This document shows positions 48,574 to 57,003 of a stretch of DNA of 64,000 bases, one piece after another. Made by a program: the position numbers and the translations under genes. Source of the stretch: Caldisericaceae bacterium. GTDB taxonomy: Bacteria > Caldisericota > Caldisericia > Caldisericales > Caldisericaceae. The notes below the pieces were generated by a model. That model had not been told where the DNA came from. It did not search any database and saw only the letters and a program-made list of their open reading frames with translations. Numbering within the stretch: the first letter of the stretch is position 1; each line of letters starts with the position of its first letter. Location of the stretch: NCBI GenBank assembly GCA_049967855.1, contig JBMFRX010000001.1, positions 96,001-160,000 on the forward strand. Reading direction: 5' to 3'.

Positions 48574-48997
48574 AGATTCGATTAACTTAATAATCAGCGA
48601 TCTATTTGATGAAAAATCGCCAGACTTGTCAAGTTGTGATTCAAGAGAAATGCTTTCTCTTTTTGACATTGTACTTTTGTTGAAAGAGGATGAACAATTT
48701 GATCCTTTGTTTAAAAAGAGCCTTGAGATTCAACTTGAAAAAACTTTGAGAGATGGCAAAGAGAAGAGCAAAGATTCTTACTATAGGTTGTTCTGGAAAT
48801 CAATTCTACAGGTTTTGGGTTTCATAGGTATAAATGGCAATTCAGAAAAAGCCGAGCACGTTGGTATTTTCGAAGACGGTATTGACGCTTCCTTTATTAA
48901 AGCTTATTCTTTGCACGCTTTGAATTTAGATACTCTTCTGTATAATTATAGCAGTGTAGGTTACTGGTTTCCAAAATCTACTTTTGCTTTACAGTGA
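48560..48997 (+). CDS. hypothetical protein, possible anti-sigma partner
   Basis: Overlaps the ECF stop; DP.FKK.LE..L segment like anti-sigma N-termini; no family recognised. Confidence 0.5.
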   Translation: MQKDEDSINLIISDLFDEKSPDLSSCDSREMLSLFDIVLLLKEDEQFDPLFKKSLEIQLEKTLRDGKEKSKDSYYRLFWKSILQVLGFIGINGNSEKAEHVGIFEDGIDASFIKAYSLHALNLDTLLYNYSSVGYWFPKSTFALQ

Positions 48998-49070
48998 GGA
49001 GGTGTAGCCTGTTAAAAGTTTCCTGAAAAGTAAGTTAGCAAAAATCCAAAAAACAAGGAGGTTTTAAGAA

Positions 49071-51317
49071 ATGAAGAAGTTACTAACTGCAGTATTGGTA
49101 CTAGCAATGGTTCTTACTGTGTTTGCAGTAAGGCCTATGTCAGTCTCAGCAGCAGGCTTTGGAGATGTTCCAGCAAGCTACTGGGCAAAAGACCAAATTG
49201 ATTACCTGGTAAGCAAGGGTGTAATAACTGGATATCCTGATGGCACTTTCAAGCCAGAGACTCCAGTTACGAGAGAGCAATTCGCAAAGATGATCTGCAT
49301 TGCGAAAGGGCTTAAAGAGTACAAGCCTGCAACGGCAACATTTAAAGATGTTGATTCTTCACGTTGGTCTTATGGCTTTGTGGAAGCAGCTGTTAAAGCA
49401 GGTTACATCAAAGGCTATTCAGATGGTACTTTTGGTCCTGCAAAGAACATTACAAGACAAGAGCTCGCTGTTCTTGGTGTGAGAGTGCTCGGTAAAGAAG
49501 CAGAAGCAAATGCTTTTACGGGTCCTGCACTTGTCTGGGCAAATGACCTAACTAAGATTGCAAGCTGGGCAGTAGGTGCAGTAACACTTGCGTACAGGCC
49601 TGACATTCAGATTCTTACCTACAGGCTTCCTGAAGGAGTTGTCGCTCCAACAGCAGGCTCAACAAGAGCAGAATGTGCTTATGCAATTTATAAAATTATG
49701 GTGCCTCCACAGGTTGGAGGAGTCGTAAAGATTGCACAAACTCAGGAACCAGATGCTCTGCCTTCTTGGCTGTCCTCGATGATGGCTGCAAGAGAAATTG
49801 AGATGCAGTTTGAGGACGGGATGATTTATGAGTTCCCAAATGGCACTCTTGCCCCAAGACTTTCTCTTAATGTTCCTAACGTTGCCGATGGAAGTTGGAA
49901 GGTTTATCAAGTAAATGGACAGGATTATATGCAAACCACATACCACCTCAGGAAAGGTGTGAAATGGTCCGATGGTGTTCCTGTTGATTATAAAGCAGAT
50001 GTCACTTTCGCAGTTGGTGACGGAACTGAAGCAAGCAAGGCAAAGAGCGTGTATCTCTCTGGTAAAGTTGAGCAGATACCTTCAACTGACCCATATGACA
50101 AGATTGAGAAGATTGAATTCCCAGATCCATATACGATGGTTGTAACGTGGAATGCATTAACCCCATATGCAAATATGGGACTTCCAATCATTGCTTCGCA
50201 CTACTACAGTAAAGTAGCCCTTGAAGACCTCAGTGCGTCCGATCTCGTTAAGAAACCTCTTGCTTTAGGTCCTTATATGGTTAAAACTTGGTCTGAGGGC
50301 GCTTATATCTCCGTGGTGCCAAATCCAAACTGGTTTGGGTGGGCTGGTTCTAAGTCGCTTGTTCAGGAATATGACTACATATGGTATCCTGACACAAATA
50401 CAATGCTTATGAACGTTCAGGCTGGCACTTGCGATGTTACTCTCATTGGCCTCGGTGCAAAAGAAGCAAAACAAGCTGCAAATATTAAGACAATTAAGGT
50501 GCAGTATGTTCCTTCTACCTATTGGGAGCATTTTGACTTCAACGTTGATGACCCAATCCTAAGCGATGTTAATGTGAGAAAGGCAATTGCCTATGGAATT
50601 AACTACCAGGATATTATTAACAGGGTCCACCTTGGTATTAGGAAAGTCAACAACACATTCATTTTCTTCCCTGGTTCTCAGTTTACTAAACCCAATACTT
50701 ATACGCCTGGCTATGACCCTGCAAAAGCAAAACAACTCCTTGATGCCGCAGGATGGGTAGTAGGGGCAGATGGCTACAGGTATAAGAATGGGAAGAAGTT
50801 GACTCTTGAGCTATCAACAACCACAAGGCAGGATAGAAAAGACTCTGCTGTTGTAATTCAATCTGAGATGAAAGACATTGGAATCGAGATTGTTCCTAAA
50901 TTCTTATCCGCTACTTATTTCTTTGGCACATATTGCACCCATAGGATGTTCCAGATTGCAATGTTTGCTTGGGGTGGAGACCCAGTTGACCCGTCAGGCT
51001 ACACTATGTACGGATCTGATCAGATTCCAACTGAAGCAAACGGTTGGGCTGGGCAGAACTATACAGGCATTGTTGACAAAACTTTGAACGACGCATTCTA
51101 CAATGCAACTCACTCAGTTGATACGGCAGTAAGAATTAAGAATTACTATGTTGGTTTGCAGAGGCTTGTCGACCTTCTGCCTGAGCTTCCTTTGAACTGG
51201 TGGGTAGATGTTTATACGCCAAAGACGAATCTTGCTATGGCAGGCTTCCAGTATAGTCTTTCTTCTTCACTCGGCTACACTTACAACTCCGAACTCTGGT
51301 ATTGGGAGAAGAAGTAG
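49071..51317 (+). CDS. oppA: SLH-domain peptide ABC transporter substrate-binding protein (family 5)
   Basis: Signal peptide; SLH repeats (FGDVP..YWA..I..L..GVITGYPDGTFKP..VTREQF; GYSDGTFGP..ITRQE; TRAE); SBP5 motifs LRKGVKWSDG, GPY, VRKAI, YDPAKAKQLLDAAGW. Confidence 0.9.
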   Translation: MKKLLTAVLVLAMVLTVFAVRPMSVSAAGFGDVPASYWAKDQIDYLVSKGVITGYPDGTFKPETPVTREQFAKMICIAKGLKEYKPATATFKDVDSSRWSYGFVEAAVKAGYIKGYSDGTFGPAKNITRQELAVLGVRVLGKEAEANAFTGPALVWANDLTKIASWAVGAVTLAYRPDIQILTYRLPEGVVAPTAGSTRAECAYAIYKIMVPPQVGGVVKIAQTQEPDALPSWLSSMMAAREIEMQFEDGMIYEFPNGTLAPRLSLNVPNVADGSWKVYQVNGQDYMQTTYHLRKGVKWSDGVPVDYKADVTFAVGDGTEASKAKSVYLSGKVEQIPSTDPYDKIEKIEFPDPYTMVVTWNALTPYANMGLPIIASHYYSKVALEDLSASDLVKKPLALGPYMVKTWSEGAYISVVPNPNWFGWAGSKSLVQEYDYIWYPDTNTMLMNVQAGTCDVTLIGLGAKEAKQAANIKTIKVQYVPSTYWEHFDFNVDDPILSDVNVRKAIAYGINYQDIINRVHLGIRKVNNTFIFFPGSQFTKPNTYTPGYDPAKAKQLLDAAGWVVGADGYRYKNGKKLTLELSTTTRQDRKDSAVVIQSEMKDIGIEIVPKFLSATYFFGTYCTHRMFQIAMFAWGGDPVDPSGYTMYGSDQIPTEANGWAGQNYTGIVDKTLNDAFYNATHSVDTAVRIKNYYVGLQRLVDLLPELPLNWWVDVYTPKTNLAMAGFQYSLSSSLGYTYNSELWYWEKK

Positions 51318-51331
51318 AATTTAGTATTTGA

Positions 51332-51366
51332 AGACTTCATTGGGGGGCTTCAGCCCCCCAAAGTCT
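51332..51366 (+). terminator. GC-rich stem-loop between oppA and oppB (mRNA stabiliser or attenuator)
   Basis: TTGGGGGGCT-TC-AGCCCCCCAA inverted repeat extended by AGACT/AGTCT; no U-tract. Confidence 0.7.
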
Positions 51367-51386
51367 GGTAAGGAGGTTTTTCTACT

Positions 51387-52355
51387 GTGAGAACTTATTT
51401 GACGAGAAGAATTTTGCAAATGATTCCGCTTTTTATTGGAGTTGCCCTTGTTACATTCCTTGTATTGAGCCTTGTTGGCGACCCTTTTACTGAAATGCTG
51501 CTCAACCCGCACATCAAACCTGCTGATGTTGAGAGACTCAGGCATGCCTGGGGGTTTGACCTTCCAATCTATCTAAGGTTTTTCAAATGGTTTTGGGCAA
51601 TGCTTACAGGGAACTGGGGGCTCTCTATATTTGCGGGTGGAAGGCCCGTAACTGAACTTGTAGGTAATGCAATTGGATGGACATTGAAGTTTTCTGTGGC
51701 ATCTTTTATTCTTGCTTTCATAGTTGCAGTCCCTATTGGGATTTATTCTGCGTTACGCCAATACACTATTTTTGATTATGTTTCAACTGGGTTTGCATTT
51801 TTTGGTATGTCTATGCCTACGTTCTGGTTTGGGTTTATTTTGTTGATGATATTTGGACTGAGGCTTCATTGGCTTCCAATCGGCGGAGTAATGACCCCTG
51901 GAATGGAGAGCGCCCCTTTTATGGCGAGGGTTTTAGACCAAACCAAGTATTTTATACTGCCAGTTATTGTTCTTTCTCTTTTTGAAATGGGCTCCTGGAT
52001 GAGATACACTCGAAGTTCTATGCTTGAAGTAGTTCACCAGGATTATCTGAGAACTGCACGTGCCAAGGGACTTCCAGAAAGAACTGTAATAGTTAAGCAT
52101 GCACTGAGGAATGCTCTAATCCCAATAATAACCCTGCTTGGGTTAGCTCTGCCTGCGCTTATTTCTGGCGCTATGATCACAGAGCAGGTTTTTTCAATAC
52201 CTGGAATGGGCCGCTTAACTCTGCAGGCGATGTTAAGCAATGACTTTCCACTTGCGATGGTATGCCTTCTGCTTGAATCATATCTGTTGATTTTCGGTAA
52301 CCTGGTTGCAGACCTTTTGTATGCAGTCGTTGACCCTCGCATTAAATACAGTTAG
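51387..52355 (+). CDS. oppB: peptide ABC transporter permease
   Basis: YLTRRILQ, SMPTFW, RYTRSSMLEV..QDYLRTARAKGL, DLLYAVVDPRI. Confidence 0.94.
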   Translation: MRTYLTRRILQMIPLFIGVALVTFLVLSLVGDPFTEMLLNPHIKPADVERLRHAWGFDLPIYLRFFKWFWAMLTGNWGLSIFAGGRPVTELVGNAIGWTLKFSVASFILAFIVAVPIGIYSALRQYTIFDYVSTGFAFFGMSMPTFWFGFILLMIFGLRLHWLPIGGVMTPGMESAPFMARVLDQTKYFILPVIVLSLFEMGSWMRYTRSSMLEVVHQDYLRTARAKGLPERTVIVKHALRNALIPIITLLGLALPALISGAMITEQVFSIPGMGRLTLQAMLSNDFPLAMVCLLLESYLLIFGNLVADLLYAVVDPRIKYS

Positions 52356-52364
52356 GAGGGTGAG

Positions 52365-53258
52365 ATGACTGAAGAATTAACTCAACAGAAAGAAGTATCG
52401 ACAAGAGTCGAAGGTTACTGGTACCTTGTAGTTAAGCGTTTGAAGAAACACAAATTAGCTGTTTTCTCTCTGTTTGTGCTGATAGCAATAATTTTGCTTT
52501 GCATTGTTGGGCCATACTTCACAAGGTATTCAATGAATGAAATGGGGAATGCGACGACTGATGTTTTGCAGGCACCTTCTTTAAGACACTGGTTTGGAAC
52601 AGATGAACTGGGAAGAGATGTTTTTACAAGAGTTCTCCTTGGTGGAAGGGTTTCGCTCCTGGTTGGTTTTGCGTCTGTCTTCTCTGCGCTTCTTGTTGGA
52701 ATAATAGTTGGAGCATATGCAGGATACTATGGAGGGATTCTTGATACTGTATTGATGAGATTTACCGACATAATGTTCTCAATTCCAGTGCTTCCTTTGC
52801 TTGTTGTTCTTTCCTCGGTTATTCCTGGAGCAGGTGTTTGGAAAATTATTATGGTAATAGCACTTTTTGGTTGGATGACCGATGCAAGAATCATAAGAGG
52901 ATTATTTCTTTCACTTAGAGAAAGCGAATACAACGAAGCAGCGCGTGCAATTGGCGTATCAAGCACAAGAATCATATGGAGACACCTTCTTCCTAACGCA
53001 CTTGCTCCGATTATTGTGTCTGCTACGCTTGGAGTGGGCGGAAATATAATCTACGAAGCAGCACTGAGCTATTTGGGTTTTGGCGTTATGCCGCCTGACC
53101 CTTCTTGGGGAAATATTCTGCAGAATGCTCAGTACGCAATGGCAATTGCACCGTGGCTTGTTTGGGCGCCTGGGCTGGCGATTCTTATTACAGTTATCGC
53201 TTTCAATTTCCTTGGCGACGGTTTACGTGATGCTATGGACCCGAAGCTTTATAGGTAG
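52365..53258 (+). CDS. oppC: peptide ABC transporter permease
   Basis: HWFGTDELGRDVFTR, EAARAIG, HLLPN, PSWG, NFLGDGLRDAMDP. Confidence 0.94.
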   Translation: MTEELTQQKEVSTRVEGYWYLVVKRLKKHKLAVFSLFVLIAIILLCIVGPYFTRYSMNEMGNATTDVLQAPSLRHWFGTDELGRDVFTRVLLGGRVSLLVGFASVFSALLVGIIVGAYAGYYGGILDTVLMRFTDIMFSIPVLPLLVVLSSVIPGAGVWKIIMVIALFGWMTDARIIRGLFLSLRESEYNEAARAIGVSSTRIIWRHLLPNALAPIIVSATLGVGGNIIYEAALSYLGFGVMPPDPSWGNILQNAQYAMAIAPWLVWAPGLAILITVIAFNFLGDGLRDAMDPKLYR

Positions 53259-53265
53259 GTGTTGA

Positions 53266-54264
53266 ATGGATAAAAGCGAAGTTTTGTTGGAAGTAAAAGA
53301 CTTACAAACATATTTCTATACTGACGACGGTGTTGTAAAAGCTGTCGATGGAATGAGTTTCACTATTCATAAGGGCGAAGTGCTCGGCCTTGTTGGAGAA
53401 AGCGGTTGCGGAAAGTCCGTTGCCTCTCTTTCCATTATGCAGCTTGTTGATGCCCCAGGTAAAACTGTGGGTGGCGAAATAATATTCAAAGGCGAAAATC
53501 TACTCACAAAAACGCCAGAGCAAATGAGGAAAATTCGTGGAGCAGAGATTTCTATGATATTTCAGGAGCCAATGACTTCTCTTAACCCTGTATACACCAT
53601 TGGAGACCAGATTATGGAAGCAATTCTTGTGCATCAGGATATAGGGGAAGAAGAGGCTAAGAGAAGAACAATTGAGCTTCTTCATCTCGTTGGCATTCCA
53701 GAGCCAGAAAGGCGATTTAACCAGTATCCACATGAGATGAGTGGAGGAATGAGACAGAGGGTTATGATTGCAATGGCAATGTCCTCTAATCCAGATTTGC
53801 TTATCTCTGACGAGGCGACTACAGCTCTTGATGTAACAATTCAGGCGCAGATCCTTGAACTGATGAAGGACCTTCAGAGGAAAACTGGAATGGCAATTCT
53901 CTTTATTACTCATGACCTTGCAATTATTGCAGAACTTGCCGATAATGTCGCCGTTGCTTACACTGGGAAGATTGTGGAGTATTCTGATGTTCACACAATA
54001 TTTAAGAACCCAAAACATCAGTATACTTATGGACTTCTTATGTCGGTGCCAAGCCTTGTTTCTGTTCAGACAAAAGTTGAGCTTCCTGCAATTGAAGGAA
54101 TGGTTCCCAACCCCTATCATATGCCGAAGGGATGTCATTTCAATCCCAGGTGTCCATTTGCTACTGAGCGCTGCCGCAAGGAAATGCCAGAACTTATAGA
54201 ACTCGAGCCAAATCACCTTGTAAGGTGTTTCCACCCTGTAGAGTCTGCTAAGGAGGTCGTATGA
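53266..54264 (+). CDS. oppD: peptide ABC transporter ATP-binding protein
   Basis: [36 protein letters not shown]-terminal GC.F.PRC. Confidence 0.95.
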   Translation: MDKSEVLLEVKDLQTYFYTDDGVVKAVDGMSFTIHKGEVLGLVGESGCGKSVASLSIMQLVDAPGKTVGGEIIFKGENLLTKTPEQMRKIRGAEISMIFQEPMTSLNPVYTIGDQIMEAILVHQDIGEEEAKRRTIELLHLVGIPEPERRFNQYPHEMSGGMRQRVMIAMAMSSNPDLLISDEATTALDVTIQAQILELMKDLQRKTGMAILFITHDLAIIAELADNVAVAYTGKIVEYSDVHTIFKNPKHQYTYGLLMSVPSLVSVQTKVELPAIEGMVPNPYHMPKGCHFNPRCPFATERCRKEMPELIELEPNHLVRCFHPVESAKEVV

Positions 54265-55259
54265 GAAAGTTAATTGAAACTGATAATCTGACTAAATATT
54301 TTCCAGTCTTGGGTGGAGTTTTCTCGCGGCCTGTTGGCTATGTAAAGGCAGTTGACGGTGTTTCGTTTCATATTTTTGAGGGAGAGACTTTTGGCCTCGT
54401 TGGAGAAAGCGGGAGTGGAAAAACAACTGCTGGCAAAACACTGATCAAGTTGCTTGAACCAACCAAAGGAAGTATTATTTTTGATGGAAAAGACATTTCT
54501 AAACTATCTGTCTCGGAGATGCGGCCTTTGAGGAAAAGCATGCAGATTATCTTTCAGGATCCTTACGGCTCGCTTAACCCGAGGCTTCCTATAGGAGAAA
54601 TTATTAGAGAACCACTTCTTGTTCATAAGATTGGCACAAAGAAAGAGCAGGAAGAGCGAGTTGTTGAAATAATGAAGCTTGTTGGACTGAGGCCTGAATA
54701 CCTGCACAGGTATCCTCATGAATTTTCTGGTGGACAACGCCAGAGAATCGGCATTGCAAGGTCCATTGTAATGAATCCCAAATTCATTGTGGCTGATGAA
54801 CCTGTTTCGGCTCTTGATGCATCCGTGCAAGCCCAGGTTTTGAACTTGTTGTTGGAGCTTCAGCAGAAGCTTGCCTTGACTTACTTGCTTGTTGCACATA
54901 ACCTTGCTGTCGTTAGGCACGTCTCTGATAGAATTGGTGTTATGTATCTGGGCAAACTTGTGGAAGTTGCAGAAACTAAGGAGCTATTCGACAAGCCTTA
55001 CCATCCTTATACTCAGGCTCTGCTTTCTGCAATTCCTATTCCAGACCCTGATATTAAGAAGGAAAGAATCCTTTTGCAGGGTGATATCCCATCACCTATT
55101 AATCCTCCATCTGGATGCAGGTTCAGGACGCGATGCAGGTATGCTAAGGATATCTGTGCTGAGAAAGAACCCCCAATGATCGAGGTTACGCCTGGTCATT
55201 TTGTAGCCTGCCATTTTGTTAAGAAAGGCGGAGTTACTGATTACACGGTAAGTAAATAG
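54261..55259 (+). CDS. oppF: peptide ABC transporter ATP-binding protein
   Basis: [43 protein letters not shown]. Confidence 0.95.
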   Translation: MRKLIETDNLTKYFPVLGGVFSRPVGYVKAVDGVSFHIFEGETFGLVGESGSGKTTAGKTLIKLLEPTKGSIIFDGKDISKLSVSEMRPLRKSMQIIFQDPYGSLNPRLPIGEIIREPLLVHKIGTKKEQEERVVEIMKLVGLRPEYLHRYPHEFSGGQRQRIGIARSIVMNPKFIVADEPVSALDASVQAQVLNLLLELQQKLALTYLLVAHNLAVVRHVSDRIGVMYLGKLVEVAETKELFDKPYHPYTQALLSAIPIPDPDIKKERILLQGDIPSPINPPSGCRFRTRCRYAKDICAEKEPPMIEVTPGHFVACHFVKKGGVTDYTVSK

Positions 55260-55280
55260 CTATATTCAACAAGATGTTTC

Positions 55281-55316
55281 AAACAGAGAGGATAGTTTTG
55301 TCCTCTCTGTTTTTTT
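55281..55316 (+). terminator. intrinsic terminator after oppF
   Basis: AAACAGAGAGGA-tagttttg-TCCTCTCTGTTT followed by a T-run. Confidence 0.88.
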
Positions 55317-55535
55317 ATTAGAATTATCTACTTCATCGTCGTTGCTTTTGAATTTAAGCGTAAATTTTGCGATACTGAAACAGTCAAACTTAATTTATAA
55401 AAGGTTGTTCAACTGTTCTGCGTTTGCTAAGGGTTGCTTTACGAAGAGGCTCTATTATGAACATAATGCGTTAATAGACGATTGTTGGGAATTATGAACT
55501 GAAATCTGCCTAACGCTCTGTGAGTGTACAAGGTC

Positions 55536-55563
55536 TTGACTATAATTATTTTTTGTGTAAAAT
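55536..55563 (+). promoter_or_regulatory. sigma70-type promoter of the tRNA-Ile2 / zinc-ribbon / rnpB unit
   Basis: TTGACT-16 nt-TAAAAT, 15 nt upstream of the tRNA. Confidence 0.65.
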
Positions 55564-55578
55564 ATGTTTGCTATACTA

Positions 55579-55653
55579 GGGCCCGTAGCTCAAAGGTGGA
55601 GCGGTTGGCTCATAACCAATTGGTTCTTGGTTCGAATCCAAGCGGGCCCACCA
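55579..55653 (+). tRNA. tRNA with CAT anticodon, probably tRNA-Ile2 (lysidine)
   Basis: Acceptor stem GGGCCCG/CGGGCCC, anticodon loop CTCATAA, TTCGAAT, encoded CCA; no fMet features (no C1:A72 mismatch, no three G:C pairs). Confidence 0.92.
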
Positions 55654-55669
55654 AAATTTGGAGGTTTGA

Positions 55670-56386
55670 ATGTACATTAAACTACTCTGGGAACTCGAGC
55701 AAATGCATCAACTCACGCAACAGAAGGAAGTTAGAGTTAAAGAAATCCAGGAAGAACTCAAAATAGAAGAGGAAATTAAGGGTCTTGAAAACCAGATTGC
55801 TGAATCAAATTCACTTGTTGAAAGTTTTTTGAAGCGCAAGAGAGAGCTTGAGAGTGAAAAAGAGGCTATACAGTCACAGCTTGTAGCGATTAACGAGGGA
55901 CTTGAGAACAATAAGTTTAAAAATGCCAAGGAGCTCAAAATTGCTAAGAAGAATCAGGAGACCTTGGTTGTAAAAAGCGAAGAGATTAACAGAAATTTGA
56001 ATTTTGTTATCGCGGAAATCGAGGAAAAAAAGGCATTCCAGAAGTCTGTTTCTGACAAGATCGATAACTACAAGGAAAAGATTGCCAGTGTTCAGCAAGA
56101 GTACGAAAAGCTTGAGCGTGAAATTGCTTTTGAAAACGAGAAATACGAGAAGGAATTTGCCGCACAATCGCAGTCAATCCCTTTCAGTATACTTCACCGT
56201 TACCTTGAAATCCAGCAGCAGTTTCCTCATGGGGCTATAGCGACTGTGGAGCACGGTCATTGCTCTTATTGCGGAGCGATGGTGCCACTCGAGGTCCTTG
56301 AAAAACTGAAGAATGAAAGCAAAGAAGAAGTTATACAGTGCGAAGTTTGTGGAAAGATTCTTTATCTTCCCTCTAAAGATAAATAG
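55670..56386 (+). CDS. coiled-coil plus C4 zinc-ribbon protein (DUF164/CT398-like)
   Basis: LWELEQM, long coiled coil, GAIATV..GHCSYC...QCEVCGKILY. Confidence 0.88.
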   Translation: MYIKLLWELEQMHQLTQQKEVRVKEIQEELKIEEEIKGLENQIAESNSLVESFLKRKRELESEKEAIQSQLVAINEGLENNKFKNAKELKIAKKNQETLVVKSEEINRNLNFVIAEIEEKKAFQKSVSDKIDNYKEKIASVQQEYEKLEREIAFENEKYEKEFAAQSQSIPFSILHRYLEIQQQFPHGAIATVEHGHCSYCGAMVPLEVLEKLKNESKEEVIQCEVCGKILYLPSKDK

Positions 56387-56713
56387 CCTTAAGTAAAGCA
56401 TGTGATCGCAGGGGATTATTCGCCTGAGGAAAGTCCGGACTCCTGGGAGCAAGGTGCTTGGGAAACCCAAGTGGGGGCAACCCCAAGGAAAGTGCCACAG
56501 AAAATAGACCGCCTGTTTTTGCAGGCAAGGGTGAAAAGGTAGCGTAAGAGACTACCGGTGGCTTTGGTGACAGAGCCATGCTTGGTAAACCCCACCTGGA
56601 GCAAGGCCAAATAGGGCAGTAAAGGAAGCTCCCCCTGCGCTGTCGGGTTGGCCGCTTAGATAAATGATCACGACCTTTTAGGTGACAGAATCTGGCTTAC
56701 GCTTTGCTTAAGG
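56387..56713 (+). ncRNA. rnpB: RNase P RNA, type A, lacking P18
   Basis: GAGGAAAGTCCGGACTC, GAAAGTGCCACAGAAA, GGTAAACCCC, GAGCAAGGCC, ACAGAATCTGGCTTA; P1 CCTTAAGTAAAGC/GCTTTGCTTAAGG. Confidence 0.96.
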
Positions 56714-56821
56714 TTTTTTTGATTTATCATGTGAGAAACTATTGCAAAATTTGTCTTGTTTTATATATTATATGTGATGCAAAATTTAAAATCTGTTTAG
56801 TCTTTGAGCCTTATTTGTTGT

Positions 56822-56899
56822 CGGGGCGTGGCGCAGTTTGGTTAGCGCACCTGCATGGGGTGCAGGGGGTCGGAAGTTCGAATCTTCTCGCCCCGACCA
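56822..56899 (+). tRNA. tRNA-Pro(GGG)
   Basis: CGGGGCG/CGCCCCG acceptor, CCTGC-ATGGGGT-GCAGG anticodon arm, TTCGAAT, CCA. Confidence 0.95.
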
Positions 56900-56902
56900 T
56901 TT

Positions 56903-56979
56903 CGGGATGTGGCTCAGCTTGGTAGAGCGCTTGGTTCGGGACTAAGAGGTCGTGGGTCCGAATCCCACCATCCCGACCA
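56903..56979 (+). tRNA. tRNA-Pro(CGG)
   Basis: CGGGATG/CATCCCG acceptor, CTTGG-TTCGGGA-CTAAG anticodon arm, T-loop TCCGAAT, CCA. Confidence 0.93.
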
Positions 56980-57003
56980 TAAAATTTAACATAGGAGGAC
57001 TAA

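Noticed and set aside
53500..54234. Long antisense ORFs (also 42506-43108, 14310-14828, 114-653 and others)
   Set aside because: Shadows of well-supported plus-strand genes, with no recognisable motifs
55317..55535. Possible sRNA or small ORF in the oppF-tRNA gap
   Set aside because: Only a 24-codon minus-strand ORF without clear RBS, and no convincing structure by eye; an Rfam scan would settle it
55524..55766. 80-aa ORF from the track
   Set aside because: Overlaps the promoter, tRNA-Ile2 and the start of the real zinc-ribbon gene
56174..56925. Short ORFs over rnpB and tRNA-Pro
   Set aside because: Explained by structured RNA genes; no RBS or protein motifs
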